A stretch of DNA of 64,000 nt, from the IMG/VR virus record IMGVR_UViG_3300035182_002586, positions 372,001 through 436,000 of that record, one strand, 5' to 3'. Both the position numbers and the translations under genes were made by a program. How positions within the stretch are numbered: position 1 is the first letter of the stretch; each line of letters starts with the position of its first letter. Below the pieces are notes generated by a model, which ran no database searches, was not told the origin of the DNA, and worked only from the letters and a program-made list of their open reading frames with translations. Shown piece after piece: positions 1 through 8,725 of this stretch.

Positions 1-341
1 CAGTCCTCCGCTGTCAGATCATACATGTACTGTCTGGAGGGCAGACGTTCCACAGAGAGAACCTGTACAGAGGCACTGTGACTCGCAACCTTGGTGTCTG
101 TGCTCAGTCTCTCCGTCTCTACCTTGGTGCGCGGGGTCAGAAACACCCGGTGACCACCAGTCAGGACAGACGAACCCTTGGAGGTCGTCACCTTGAGGAT
201 CGATTCCGGACCCACCTCAGCTCGATGAACGTGTAGGACGCGCTTCCACTCCGACTGACCCTCGGGGGAGACAGACTGCACACGCAACGACCCTTGTTCA
301 AAGGCCGCTCGGATCTTCTCGCGTTGCAAGGGGCTCAGCAT
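1..341 (-). CDS. C-terminal half (IntC) of a split intein, presumably followed by the C-extein beyond the window edge (partial)
   Basis: Not in the ORF track because it runs off the edge. Manual translation from ATG 341 (GAAGGA SD upstream): MLSPLQREKIRAAFEQGSLRVQSVSPEGQSEWKRVLHVHRAEVGPESILKVTTSKGSSVLTGGHRVFLTP...VQVLSVERLPSRQYMYDLTAED. It contains intein block B (LTGGHRVF) and block F (YMYDLTAE). Confidence 0.85.
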   Translation of the reverse strand, partial: MLSPLQREKIRAAFEQGSLRVQSVSPEGQSEWKRVLHVHRAEVGPESILKVTTSKGSSVLTGGHRVFLTPRTKVETERLSTDTKVASHSASVQVLSVERLPSRQYMYDLTAED

Positions 342-1263
342 CGAAGTCCTTCTCCGTCCAGATGAGGAAGTCCCACCCCATGCGCGCTGCATAGGAAGAA
401 GCTGCTTCGAGCCTGCGCGTCACACGGTGGTCCGGGGGGAGGCTCAGGGTCCAGCTCGCCTTCACTTCGACCAGAACGATGGACCCGTCATGGTGGGTCA
501 CAAAGAAGTCGGGAAGGATCCAACGACCATCTGGCAGCTCTACCCGTGGCTCAAACAAGTACTCTTTCACAGACGGGTCACGATCCAGAAGGCGCACCAC
601 AACCCGCTCATAGCTGCTGCGCGTCCAAATGAGTGCCCGTGTGCACTTCTTGGGGGACACCCACTCGCCGCGACCCCGCTGCCACTTTTCGGGGTTGTCC
701 AACATACGTTGTGTCTGCGCCGCAGACCGGAGCGCCCGCACATCCTCTCGGTGATGATACGCCAGAAGACGGCCACGCTCCTCAGGACGTTGCCACCTGC
801 GAAGCGCGGATTCACGGCGGCGATGCTTTACATCGGGCCTCTGTGCGACAAGGCGTAGCGTTTCCCGCTCCTCAACAGACCGAATACGACCACGGTGAAA
901 GTCGAACGAGCCGGCCTCCCACGCTTTCTGCATCCGCAATGAGAGCCACGGCTTCTCTCGGCCCTTACCTGCACGGCCAACGACAGCAGCGTTTGCGGCC
1001 CGGTTAGCTCTGGAGGCGTCGTTCCACGCTGCCTTGGTCAGTCGTTGTATGGCAGCGAGTGACAAGCCGGTCAGAGACATCATCCGCTTCCAGGGGGTCC
1101 CTGCGGCATGTAACTCTGTGACCAAAGCACTGCGTTTCTGGGCAACCCCCAAAGGAGGGCGACCGGGCTTTCGAAACACCTCCCAAGAAATACCGTGCTT
1201 CGCAAGCAACGGTACCAGTTCAGGGGGCGGGAGTAGTTCCGTGGATCGCCTCGTAGAGATCAC
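298..1263 (-). CDS. Free-standing PD-(D/E)XK (TnsA-N-like) endonuclease, probable homing endonuclease
   Basis: C-terminal RSSYE...ILPDFFV...VLVEVKA...AARMGWDFLIWTEKD; basic repetitive N-terminal DNA-binding region; lies between the split-intein halves. Confidence 0.75.
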   Translation of the reverse strand: MISTRRSTELLPPPELVPLLAKHGISWEVFRKPGRPPLGVAQKRSALVTELHAAGTPWKRMMSLTGLSLAAIQRLTKAAWNDASRANRAANAAVVGRAGKGREKPWLSLRMQKAWEAGSFDFHRGRIRSVEERETLRLVAQRPDVKHRRRESALRRWQRPEERGRLLAYHHREDVRALRSAAQTQRMLDNPEKWQRGRGEWVSPKKCTRALIWTRSSYERVVVRLLDRDPSVKEYLFEPRVELPDGRWILPDFFVTHHDGSIVLVEVKASWTLSLPPDHRVTRRLEAASSYAARMGWDFLIWTEKDFDAEPLATREDPSGL

Positions 1264-1726
1264 GGATAGTAACTACCATTTTCTCGCCCCCCACGTCAAG
1301 TTCGACCTCTTCCTCCCCACCTACACAGTTGTCGCGGAGCAGGATGCGCAGGCGGCGCATCAGGTCGCTCTCGATCTGCGTGAACGTCGAGGTGCCCATG
1401 AGCGAGGCGGTCACCTTGTCGACGACCTCGAACTCCTGGAGCACCTGCTGGATCGCTGCCCCGACCGACTGCCTGAACGTCCATCGGATGCGGTAGCTGC
1501 CGATGTTGGCGTCGAGAGGGATGATGATCGACGAGTAGTACTCGCCGACCGACGGGTTCACCGGCGTCCGCTTCGCGGGACCGAGGAGGACCTCCATCCC
1601 CGTCGTGTAGTCGTAGAGGGCGTAGGAGATCTCCGCGGCGTTCACCGGCACGTCAGACGACGAGACGAGGAAGATGTTGAGGTCCTCCCGCCCGAGCTGC
1701 TGACCCTTGTAGAACGCCGTGGACAT
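1220..1726 (-). CDS. Putative virion protein N-extein (133 aa) fused to a 35-aa N-intein (IntN)
   Basis: ...LRILLRDN|CVGGEEEVELDVGGEKMVVTIRDLYEAI; Cys1 codon at 1327-1325; block A-like pattern; codon usage shifts abruptly at the junction. Confidence 0.8.
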   Translation of the reverse strand: MSTAFYKGQQLGREDLNIFLVSSSDVPVNAAEISYALYDYTTGMEVLLGPAKRTPVNPSVGEYYSSIIIPLDANIGSYRIRWTFRQSVGAAIQQVLQEFEVVDKVTASLMGTSTFTQIESDLMRRLRILLRDNCVGGEEEVELDVGGEKMVVTIRDLYEAIHGTTPAP

Positions 1727-1730
1727 CGAT

Positions 1731-2846
1731 TCACTCTTCCGACATGCTCTTGAGCCCGTCGATCACCGACTTGATCTTTTTGTGATCGACCTTCTGCGGG
1801 TTTGCTCCGGGAAGCTTCATGCCCTCCGGCAGGTCGAGATGCTGCTCCAGACTCTTGATCGTCGAGTCGATCTTCTTCTTGGAGACTGCTTCGCCCTTTT
1901 CGAGCGCACGGGCGATCTCGTTCATCGAGCCGCCGCCCTGCGAGAATTCGTACAGCTTGTTCGAGAGGTCGCGCACTGCACCAGCATCACCCTTGTGCTT
2001 GTGCATCTTGTCGCCGCCGCTCTCCCCGCCCGACTCTTGGCCCTTGCTCTCTTCCTTCTTCTCGGGCTTGCCCTTTCCACCGGGCTTGCCGACGGTGTGC
2101 TTCGACTTGTCGGCTTTCGGGTGCTTCTTGAGGTAGGCGTCGAGCGCCTCCTGCGTCGGGAAGGTCGTGGCGGTCTTCTCCGTCGAGGCTTCGACGAAGC
2201 GCGCGACGACGTTGCGGACCGTGAGGGCGTGCTTGAACTCGAAGGCGGGATCGCGCGGCATGTTCTTGTCCTCGTACAAGGGGATTTTTGCTTGCGGTTG
2301 GGGCACCAGGAGTACCCGGGGACGTAGCCCAAAGGCCCGGAAGGTCATGAGCCGAGTGTTCCCGCCCACGAGAACGGTGCTGCCATCCGGCCGCTGGATG
2401 ACCATGGGCGTTTCCATGCTGCCGCCCAGGCCAAGGATCAGGTCTCGGATGTCCTTGTCGTAGAGGCGGGCGTACTCGATCGCCTTGTCGATCGTATCGG
2501 TGCCCCACGAGTCCGTGTTCTGCATCGTGGACCACATGGCGTCCGAGAGCACCACCGTGGGGGCTGTCCTGGCTGCTTCGAGTAGGGCGTCACCGGGGAC
2601 GCCTACGAGCTTGCCCGCGCGCTCGAACTCCTCCCGTTCGGCTTCGAGGTCGGGAAGCCTCCATGTGGTCTTGTGGGCGAGGAGGGAAGCGCAAGCGACC
2701 TCCAGTGGGGTCGGCTCGACGAACGCGTTGTGCACGGTCTGATACTCGTCTGGAGCCGCCCGCAGCGTGGCGCGCGGAACCATCATCGTCTGCCCCGTGG
2801 CGAGGTGACGAACGAGCACGTCCTCTGCTGCCTGTCGCTGCGCCAC
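1731..2846 (-). CDS. ParB/Sulfiredoxin-like domain protein with Lys-rich C-terminal region
   Basis: GTG start overlapping the upstream TAG, with GGAGG RBS; motif TPMVIQRPDGSTVLVGGNTRL. Confidence 0.55.
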   Translation of the reverse strand: MAQRQAAEDVLVRHLATGQTMMVPRATLRAAPDEYQTVHNAFVEPTPLEVACASLLAHKTTWRLPDLEAEREEFERAGKLVGVPGDALLEAARTAPTVVLSDAMWSTMQNTDSWGTDTIDKAIEYARLYDKDIRDLILGLGGSMETPMVIQRPDGSTVLVGGNTRLMTFRAFGLRPRVLLVPQPQAKIPLYEDKNMPRDPAFEFKHALTVRNVVARFVEASTEKTATTFPTQEALDAYLKKHPKADKSKHTVGKPGGKGKPEKKEESKGQESGGESGGDKMHKHKGDAGAVRDLSNKLYEFSQGGGSMNEIARALEKGEAVSKKKIDSTIKSLEQHLDLPEGMKLPGANPQKVDHKKIKSVIDGLKSMSEE

Positions 2847-3610
2847 TATTCCTCCCAACCGTACTTGCACTTGCGGGGGGTCAGATCGTTCGGGTCGTAC
2901 GCGAGAACCGCATCCAAAACCACAAACGGGTACTCTTGCTTGTACACGGGGCCGTTCTGGTAGCGCTGCCACTCCCAACGGACGACCCACTCACCCGGCT
3001 GCCCGCCCTCACCTGCGATGCCCACCGCGTAGAAGTCGCCTACGTCGGACATGATCGGGCTGCGATCGGCTGGACCCACCCTCTGCTTGATCCCCCCGGG
3101 AAGGACCTGGAAGAACGTGAAGTTGATGGCGAAGGGAGCGTACCGGTCGCCCGAGTTGGTCCGGAGGTAGAACGGCAGCTCGTCTTTCGAGATGAACTGC
3201 CCCCACCGCAGCTCGATGTAGGGGGGAGGCGGGCACGGGCAGATCGGCGGAAGGTGCAGAACCTCGGCATACCCTGCGAGACTCGACGTGCCCTCCAACG
3301 GAAGGGGGACGCCTGCGTCGAAGAAAGAACCCTGGCCGTCAACGTCACCGCTCGTGAAGGCCCAGATGATGGCGGGACCAACGAGCGACACACCCCCCGT
3401 GCCGGCGGTCGTCCCCGACGCGTCGATACGCAGGGGGTCGTTGAGATCCCCTTGCCCGAACGTGTACCCCGAAACGTACCAGACGTTACCAGGCGCGCTG
3501 AGCACGTCACCGGACCCAGAGACACCCTGGAGGATGTTCCGGACGATGAGAGGGACGACGCCGAGAAGCTCCCCAACGCCGCCGACGGTGCCGCCAGCGT
3601 CAATCAGCAT
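2846..3610 (-). CDS. Putative virion structural protein (C-terminal Ig-like domain)
   Basis: Gly-rich N-terminus; C-terminal domain resembles the N-extein at 1328-1726. Confidence 0.55.
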   Translation of the reverse strand: MLIDAGGTVGGVGELLGVVPLIVRNILQGVSGSGDVLSAPGNVWYVSGYTFGQGDLNDPLRIDASGTTAGTGGVSLVGPAIIWAFTSGDVDGQGSFFDAGVPLPLEGTSSLAGYAEVLHLPPICPCPPPPYIELRWGQFISKDELPFYLRTNSGDRYAPFAINFTFFQVLPGGIKQRVGPADRSPIMSDVGDFYAVGIAGEGGQPGEWVVRWEWQRYQNGPVYKQEYPFVVLDAVLAYDPNDLTPRKCKYGWEE

Positions 3611-3623
3611 GGGAGGTCACGCC

Positions 3624-4007
3624 CTAGCTTTCGGTGGCGACGAGCTGTCCTGCGGGGAACCGCAACTGGTCATTGATGCCGATCGTCCGCGGAGACGAGA
3701 GGTTCGCGAAGTACAGCATGTTGCCCCCCGTCGGCGCGTCGAAGAGTGCGAAGGCGACGACAGTGCCGTACGGCGAAGACGCGAGCGGGAAGACCACATC
3801 TGCGCTACTCGCACAGACCTGACCCACCGGTGCGGCGAAAGGGGCAGGCTGACGGGTGTAACCCCCACCACTCACTTCCACACCACCACCGCCTGAGGTT
3901 GGCGCCGTCGTGAAGAGGGCGACATAGACCGTGGCGGGGGGAGTGAACGGGATGTTGCGGAGGGCCGCGTTCAGAACAACCGTGTCGAGGTAGAGGCTCT
4001 TAGGCAT
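3624..4007 (-). CDS. Phage tail fibre/minor tail-type protein
   Basis: VYVALFTTAP...EVSGGGYTRQ...FALFDAPTGGNML motif typical of small tail proteins; paralog of 5678-6079. Confidence 0.7.
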   Translation of the reverse strand: MPKSLYLDTVVLNAALRNIPFTPPATVYVALFTTAPTSGGGGVEVSGGGYTRQPAPFAAPVGQVCASSADVVFPLASSPYGTVVAFALFDAPTGGNMLYFANLSSPRTIGINDQLRFPAGQLVATES

Positions 4008-4040
4008 GGCTCTATGAGCCCCGGCGCACAAGAGGAAGAA

Positions 4041-4445
4041 CTAGACCGTGCCGGGTTTGACGAACGAAGGCTTGAGACCCTGTTCGATCGTCGGAGACGC
4101 TGGGAGGACGTCGTAGTCCTGTGCGAGGATTTGCTGCCCAACCGGGTAGGAGATGAGCAGACGCCAGTACCCCACAGCGCTCGGACGGAACCGGACCCCG
4201 TAGAATCCAGGCGCTCCCGGGATGGCGTTCCAGTAGATCGACCCCGAAGTGGCCTTCACGTCCGAGATCGACGTGCCATCCACGAAGGGCCACGGCTGCG
4301 CTTCGTTGTTGTAGAAGAGGTTCATCACGAGCTGCGATGGGGTGAGCCCCACCACACGTGTGAACCCGTCCGTCTGGAAGAAGTCGGACTGGTCGAACAC
4401 CAGAGTGTTGACGTAGACCTGACGACCACGTGTCGTGTTCGGCAT
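4041..4445 (-). CDS. Hypothetical virion protein
   Basis: 134-aa beta-rich ORF in the structural block. Confidence 0.6.
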   Translation of the reverse strand: MPNTTRGRQVYVNTLVFDQSDFFQTDGFTRVVGLTPSQLVMNLFYNNEAQPWPFVDGTSISDVKATSGSIYWNAIPGAPGFYGVRFRPSAVGYWRLLISYPVGQQILAQDYDVLPASPTIEQGLKPSFVKPGTV

Positions 4446-4451
4446 CGCGGT

Positions 4452-4670
4452 TCAGCCTTTCGTCGGAACTACCCGCTGGAGCACCACCGTTCCGAGGTCG
4501 ATCGTGCCGGGCACCGGGATGGGAGAAGCTGCTGGGGGAGCTTGTCGCACCGGTTGGGGATCGGTCTTCCCGACGATGGCAGCGCTGAGGGACATGCAAA
4601 GACGCCCGGAGGCAGCGCAGTCCGCCCCACAGTCGATGTTCGCTTCGATTCCGATCTGGGCCATGTTCAT
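4452..4670 (-). CDS. Hypothetical protein
   Basis: 72-aa ORF tightly packed in the operon. Confidence 0.45.
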   Translation of the reverse strand: MNMAQIGIEANIDCGADCAASGRLCMSLSAAIVGKTDPQPVRQAPPAASPIPVPGTIDLGTVVLQRVVPTKG

Positions 4671-4671
4671 C

Positions 4672-5271
4672 CTACGGGCGGCGCGGCGCCCGGACCTTGA
4701 GTTTCGGGAGTGCGGGAGAGTACATGATCTGACGCGGCGGGACGGCTGCCTTGCGGAATCCGGGTGCTGGCGTGTAGCGCACGAGCATCATGTTCGCCGT
4801 GACTGTGGCTCCGCTGCTCAGTGCTGCGTTGACCGGCTTCACGTAGATGGGGTTCGCCACCACCGTCGCGTCGCTGGTGAGGATCACCGTCACCGAGTCC
4901 AGCTCCGTCAGAAGGGCCACCACTGCGGCCGTCGGAGAGAGAGCACCCGTAACGCCTACGGTGAGGAAGCCTGTGGCCCCTACCACCGCATCCGGGAACA
5001 TCGCTGCGTCTGCGGCGTACGTTGCCGTGCCGTCCGGACTCCCGCCCGCTGAGGGGGCGAGGTTCGAGAGGAGAGAGATCTGGAGAACCACCCCTGCGGA
5101 CAAGTCCACGTCCGGAGCAAGCGCTGCGTCCAGAGAGTAGGTCGCCGTGGGGTCGGCCGTCGTCCCCGCTTCCGGTTCGAGCGCCGCATCCACGACGTAC
5201 TGGATCGCGGTGTCTCCGAGATAGGAGGCATCGGGGAACAGGTCAGCAGTTACGTCGACGACAGGCATCAC
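4672..5271 (-). CDS. Ala/Thr-rich putative structural protein
   Basis: Low-complexity A/T/V/D-rich ORF translationally coupled to its neighbours. Confidence 0.55.
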   Translation of the reverse strand: MMPVVDVTADLFPDASYLGDTAIQYVVDAALEPEAGTTADPTATYSLDAALAPDVDLSAGVVLQISLLSNLAPSAGGSPDGTATYAADAAMFPDAVVGATGFLTVGVTGALSPTAAVVALLTELDSVTVILTSDATVVANPIYVKPVNAALSSGATVTANMMLVRYTPAPGFRKAAVPPRQIMYSPALPKLKVRAPRRP

Positions 5272-5678
5272 GGCCTCCGGTGAACAGTGAGTGTGTACGA
5301 GGGCGTGTTAGGGCCGGGAATCACCACCCCTGGACCGGGAACGACAGGGGGAGCAGCTCTAGGCTTCGCCTTCATGAGTGTCGGGACTGCGGTAAGTCCA
5401 GACGCACCCACTAGGGTGGAGGTCACGATCCGATAGAGTTCCAGGTCCGACGTGACCGTGGCTTCGGGCCGCAGATCGGCCACAGAGGTGTTGAGGGGGA
5501 AGGGGTCGGACGCGAAGCTCGCGTCCCCGCTGGGGGTGGCAACGAGGTCCGTTGCCACCCCACCCCCAGGGACCATACCAGAAGCGGGGGAAAAGGCCGC
5601 GATGAGGACGTAGGAAGCAGTGGCACCCACCGAAGCGGATGCCCCTGCCTCCAACCCCGCCGTGACCTCGACCTGCAT
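5268..5678 (-). CDS. Ala/Ser-rich putative structural protein
   Basis: Likely start MQVEVTAG at 5678, overlapping the upstream TGA. Confidence 0.55.
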   Translation of the reverse strand: MQVEVTAGLEAGASASVGATASYVLIAAFSPASGMVPGGGVATDLVATPSGDASFASDPFPLNTSVADLRPEATVTSDLELYRIVTSTLVGASGLTAVPTLMKAKPRAAPPVVPGPGVVIPGPNTPSYTLTVHRRP

Positions 5679-6079
5679 CAGGTCTCGGTGACGGTGAGCG
5701 CGCCCGTGCCGAACGACACCTGGTCGCCCGTGCCCACGGTCTTGCTCGTGCCGAGCGCGCCGTAGTAGAGCGCGTTGCCCGCCGTCGGGTCGTCGAGGAT
5801 CGCCATCGCGACGATGGTGCCGTAGGGCGCCGTCGCGACCGGGTACACGACCGGAGCCGAGTTCGCCACCGCGCCTGCCGGCGACGGAGCGCCGAACGTG
5901 ATGGCCTGGCGCGCGTACGCCGTGCCAACAGTGGTGACCTCGGTGCCCGAGCCGACCGCGTTCGTCGGGGCCACCGTGTAGAGCGCCGCGTAGACCGTCA
6001 CGGGTGACGTGTAGCTCGTGTTGCGGAGGACCGCGTTGACGATTGCGCTGCGGAGATAGTCGTTCTTGGCGTTGGCCAT
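5678..6079 (-). CDS. Phage tail fibre/minor tail-type protein
   Basis: VYAALYTVAPT...EVTTVGTAYARQ...ILDDPTAGNALYYG; paralog of 3624-4007. Confidence 0.7.
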   Translation of the reverse strand: MANAKNDYLRSAIVNAVLRNTSYTSPVTVYAALYTVAPTNAVGSGTEVTTVGTAYARQAITFGAPSPAGAVANSAPVVYPVATAPYGTIVAMAILDDPTAGNALYYGALGTSKTVGTGDQVSFGTGALTVTET

Positions 6080-6143
6080 TGCTCAGGGCTCCTTTGACAG
6101 AGGGGGTCGCCCTGATCGTCTTCACAACGAGAATATCGATCCG

Positions 6144-6686
6144 CTACTCCGTTACCGGACGCGCCTTCCAACGCTCGATGTACTCGATCGCCGCACGAAG
6201 AACCTGAGGGTCTTCCTTCGCGTACCCGATCATCACGTTGCAGCTCCAGTGGATGAGACCCCTCACACACTTGCCGCAGGACTTCCGGTCAGCACAGCAG
6301 CTTCGATCGTGGTCCACGACCACAGAGTCCAACTGCTTGCCCGAACGCTCCATGGCCCCACCACAGAGCGCACAGAGCCCCTTCTGCGCTCCCCACATCG
6401 CATCGAAGTCGATGTTGAAGCGACCCTTCCGCTGCATCGCCCGAAACTGGTCCGGGTTCCGCAGTTGCCAGGCACGAGAGATCGCTGACGCCCGACCGGG
6501 GTTGGCGTCACGCCACGCCTTCGATCGGGCGTTCGCTTTTTCAGGGTTGGCCGCCGCACGAGCGGCGTTCTCTCTGTTCACACACGTCTTACAAGCCCCA
6601 CGAGGCTTCCCCAACCTCTTGGAGACCTTGTGGAAGTCCTTCTCTTCATCCTGAGGTACGCCGCACTTTGTACAGATGCGCTGCAT
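6144..6686 (-). CDS. Endonuclease VII-family (HNH-type) free-standing endonuclease
   Basis: QKGLCALC...VVDHDRSCC...CGKCVRGLIHWSCNVMIG...LRAAIEYI; N-terminal CxxC; atypical codon usage. Confidence 0.85.
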   Translation of the reverse strand: MQRICTKCGVPQDEEKDFHKVSKRLGKPRGACKTCVNRENAARAAANPEKANARSKAWRDANPGRASAISRAWQLRNPDQFRAMQRKGRFNIDFDAMWGAQKGLCALCGGAMERSGKQLDSVVVDHDRSCCADRKSCGKCVRGLIHWSCNVMIGYAKEDPQVLRAAIEYIERWKARPVTE

Positions 6687-6709
6687 ACAACGAATGCCAG
6701 ATAAGAACT

Positions 6710-6985
6710 TTATTGCATGTGGCAGATGCTTTTCAACGATTTTACGTTGTGGGCATAAGGCTGCGCGGCCACCTTGCCGGTGTTGTTGAACCACGCGGTC
6801 TTCAGCTCGTCGACGTTCGAGATCGACGTGTCGAAGAAGAAGTAGATCCGCCCGTCGTACCGCTCGTGCCGGATCAACTCCACGCCTGCTGTCTGCAAGT
6901 ACGCGGCGAAGTACAGGTCGGGCGTGCAGAACTCGTTCGGCTTCGTGGCCGGGCCACGACCGTTGCCATTCCTGGGCATCGACAT
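6710..6985 (-). CDS. Small conserved phage protein (DUF5659-like)
   Basis: PDLYFAAYL...RIYFFFD motif. Confidence 0.55.
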   Translation of the reverse strand: MSMPRNGNGRGPATKPNEFCTPDLYFAAYLQTAGVELIRHERYDGRIYFFFDTSISNVDELKTAWFNNTGKVAAQPYAHNVKSLKSICHMQ

Positions 6986-7077
6986 CTATGCATCCTCATC
7001 TCGGCGCGAAGGATCGTGCCGGCTATTCTGACTCCCGATTCGCTATCCAGATTCGATTCAGATCTTCATCTTGGGGG

Positions 7078-7115
7078 AACGAAGAGGGCCGCCCCCTTGC
7101 GTGGAAGCGGCCCTC
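7078..7115 (-). terminator. Probable intrinsic terminator
   Basis: GAGGGCCGC...GCGGCCCTC stem followed by TTCGTT on the minus strand, just after the 7122-8228 stop. Confidence 0.6.
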
Positions 7116-7121
7116 GTTCGA

Positions 7122-8228
7122 TCAGGTCGTGGTGAAGCGGTTCGAGGCGAGGCTCGTGTACTTCACCTGCGCGACGTTGCCCGCCACGCCGAGGCCGTGG
7201 AGCAGCGACGCCGGGATGACGATGGAGGTGGCCGAGACCGCCCCCGTGGTGCCACCCGAAACGGTCGTCTCGATGATCTTCTGATCGAGGACGACGACCG
7301 CCCCCGTCGTCGGGTTCGAGACCTTGACCTTGACGGCATCCCACTCCGAGTTGCCGAGGCCGGTCCCGGTGATGGTGAGGTCGCCCGGGTTCGGGACGTT
7401 GTGGACCGCACCAGAGATGGTCGGGACCGGTGCCGTGAAGAGGCTCACGCCGTCGTTCTGGACGACCGTGATGGCTGCGCCGAGGGCGAGGGCCGGGAGG
7501 CGGCTCGGATCCGGCGAGTACGTCGCCTTGAGGTAGCCCGCGAGGTTGCCCACCTCGAAGCTCTTGATCGCCACGTCGGTCTCCACGAACTGCGGTGCGA
7601 TCGCGTCCTGGATGGCCAAGATCTGCGCTGCCGTGAGCATCGGAGACACCGCCGTCGCGAGCGTGCCGGTGCTCACGTCGAGGGGGCCGCCCACCGGGAG
7701 AAGCGCCGTGATGGTCGCTGCCGCCGTCGGGATGGTCCATGTAGCGCCGTCCGGGAGCCCGAGGTCCGTGTTCGCGGTCGAGCCGTTCAGCACGGTGTCG
7801 TTCGCGATGTACGCCCCGGGGCCCGACGGACCCATGAGGATCAGGCGGGTCGTCGAGAGACCCGAGGGTGCCGTGATGTTCAGACCTGCTGCCACGAGGG
7901 CCGCGTTCACGGCCACGAGGAGGGTCGCGAGGCTCGCGTAGACCGCGTGCCCGAGGGTGACGGTCGTGAACGCCACGGCTGCCGAGTTGTCCTTCAGCAG
8001 GAGGGTGTCGTTCGCCCCGTTGATGGTCAGCGGGAACGTGATCGCCCCGATGCCCACGAGAGGTGCATGAACCGAAGCGAGTGCCGCTCCGACCCCTGCG
8101 GTGGTGGGCCGACCGACGTAGCGCGTCTGCCCCGCCGGATCGACCGGGAAGTTCATCTGGCTGGTGGGCTCCAGGTCCGCCATGAAGAGGGGGCCCGGGA
8201 GATCCCCGCGAATGATGCCAACGCGCAT
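7122..8228 (-). CDS. Virion structural protein (IPT/TIG-like C-terminus)
   Basis: Very high GC3; A/G/T-rich; followed by a terminator; C-terminus shared with 8726-9661. Confidence 0.65.
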   Translation of the reverse strand: MRVGIIRGDLPGPLFMADLEPTSQMNFPVDPAGQTRYVGRPTTAGVGAALASVHAPLVGIGAITFPLTINGANDTLLLKDNSAAVAFTTVTLGHAVYASLATLLVAVNAALVAAGLNITAPSGLSTTRLILMGPSGPGAYIANDTVLNGSTANTDLGLPDGATWTIPTAAATITALLPVGGPLDVSTGTLATAVSPMLTAAQILAIQDAIAPQFVETDVAIKSFEVGNLAGYLKATYSPDPSRLPALALGAAITVVQNDGVSLFTAPVPTISGAVHNVPNPGDLTITGTGLGNSEWDAVKVKVSNPTTGAVVVLDQKIIETTVSGGTTGAVSATSIVIPASLLHGLGVAGNVAQVKYTSLASNRFTTT

Positions 8229-8252
8229 GTTGATCAGACTCCTTCCGTGCTT

Positions 8253-8705
8253 TCAGCTTGTCTTAGGGTGGGCAGGCTTCTGGAGACGCTCTTTCGGGTC
8301 AGGGCGGGGAACCACACGCTCCGAGGGAGTCGGGGGTGTGGGTGCCGAGTCGACGAAGCGGCCGAGGTCCTGTTCGTTCTTGAGGGTCCGCATGATGACG
8401 CCGAGGTCTGCGTAGAACCCGGCCACTGCGCGGATGAACGAGAGGTGGTCGGTTTTCCAGAAGAGACCCGCCTGGCGCACGTACATGCGCATGCGGGTGA
8501 GCAACTTGATGAGTAGATCGGCCTTCGTGAGGGTTTGAAGCTCGGCCTGTGCGACCGCGAGTTGCTCATACCGCTCGCGGAGATCGTGGAGGAGCGCGCG
8601 CGTTTGCTGGATGTACAGAATGTCCACCGGCCTCCAGCGCTGCTCAATGCGCTGGAAGTCGGTGCCCTCCTGTTGGAGCAGCCAGGGTAGGTATCGGTAA
8701 CGCAC
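8253..8705 (-). CDS. Hypothetical protein
   Basis: 150-aa helical ORF in the operon. Confidence 0.6.
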   Translation of the reverse strand: MRYRYLPWLLQQEGTDFQRIEQRWRPVDILYIQQTRALLHDLRERYEQLAVAQAELQTLTKADLLIKLLTRMRMYVRQAGLFWKTDHLSFIRAVAGFYADLGVIMRTLKNEQDLGRFVDSAPTPPTPSERVVPRPDPKERLQKPAHPKTS

Positions 8706-8725
8706 GCGCTCATTGCCCCATCAGC

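Noticed and set aside
298-1263. Tn7-like transposon suggested by the TnsA-like nuclease
   Set aside because: No tnsB/tnsC or transposon ends; the context fits a free-standing homing endonuclease
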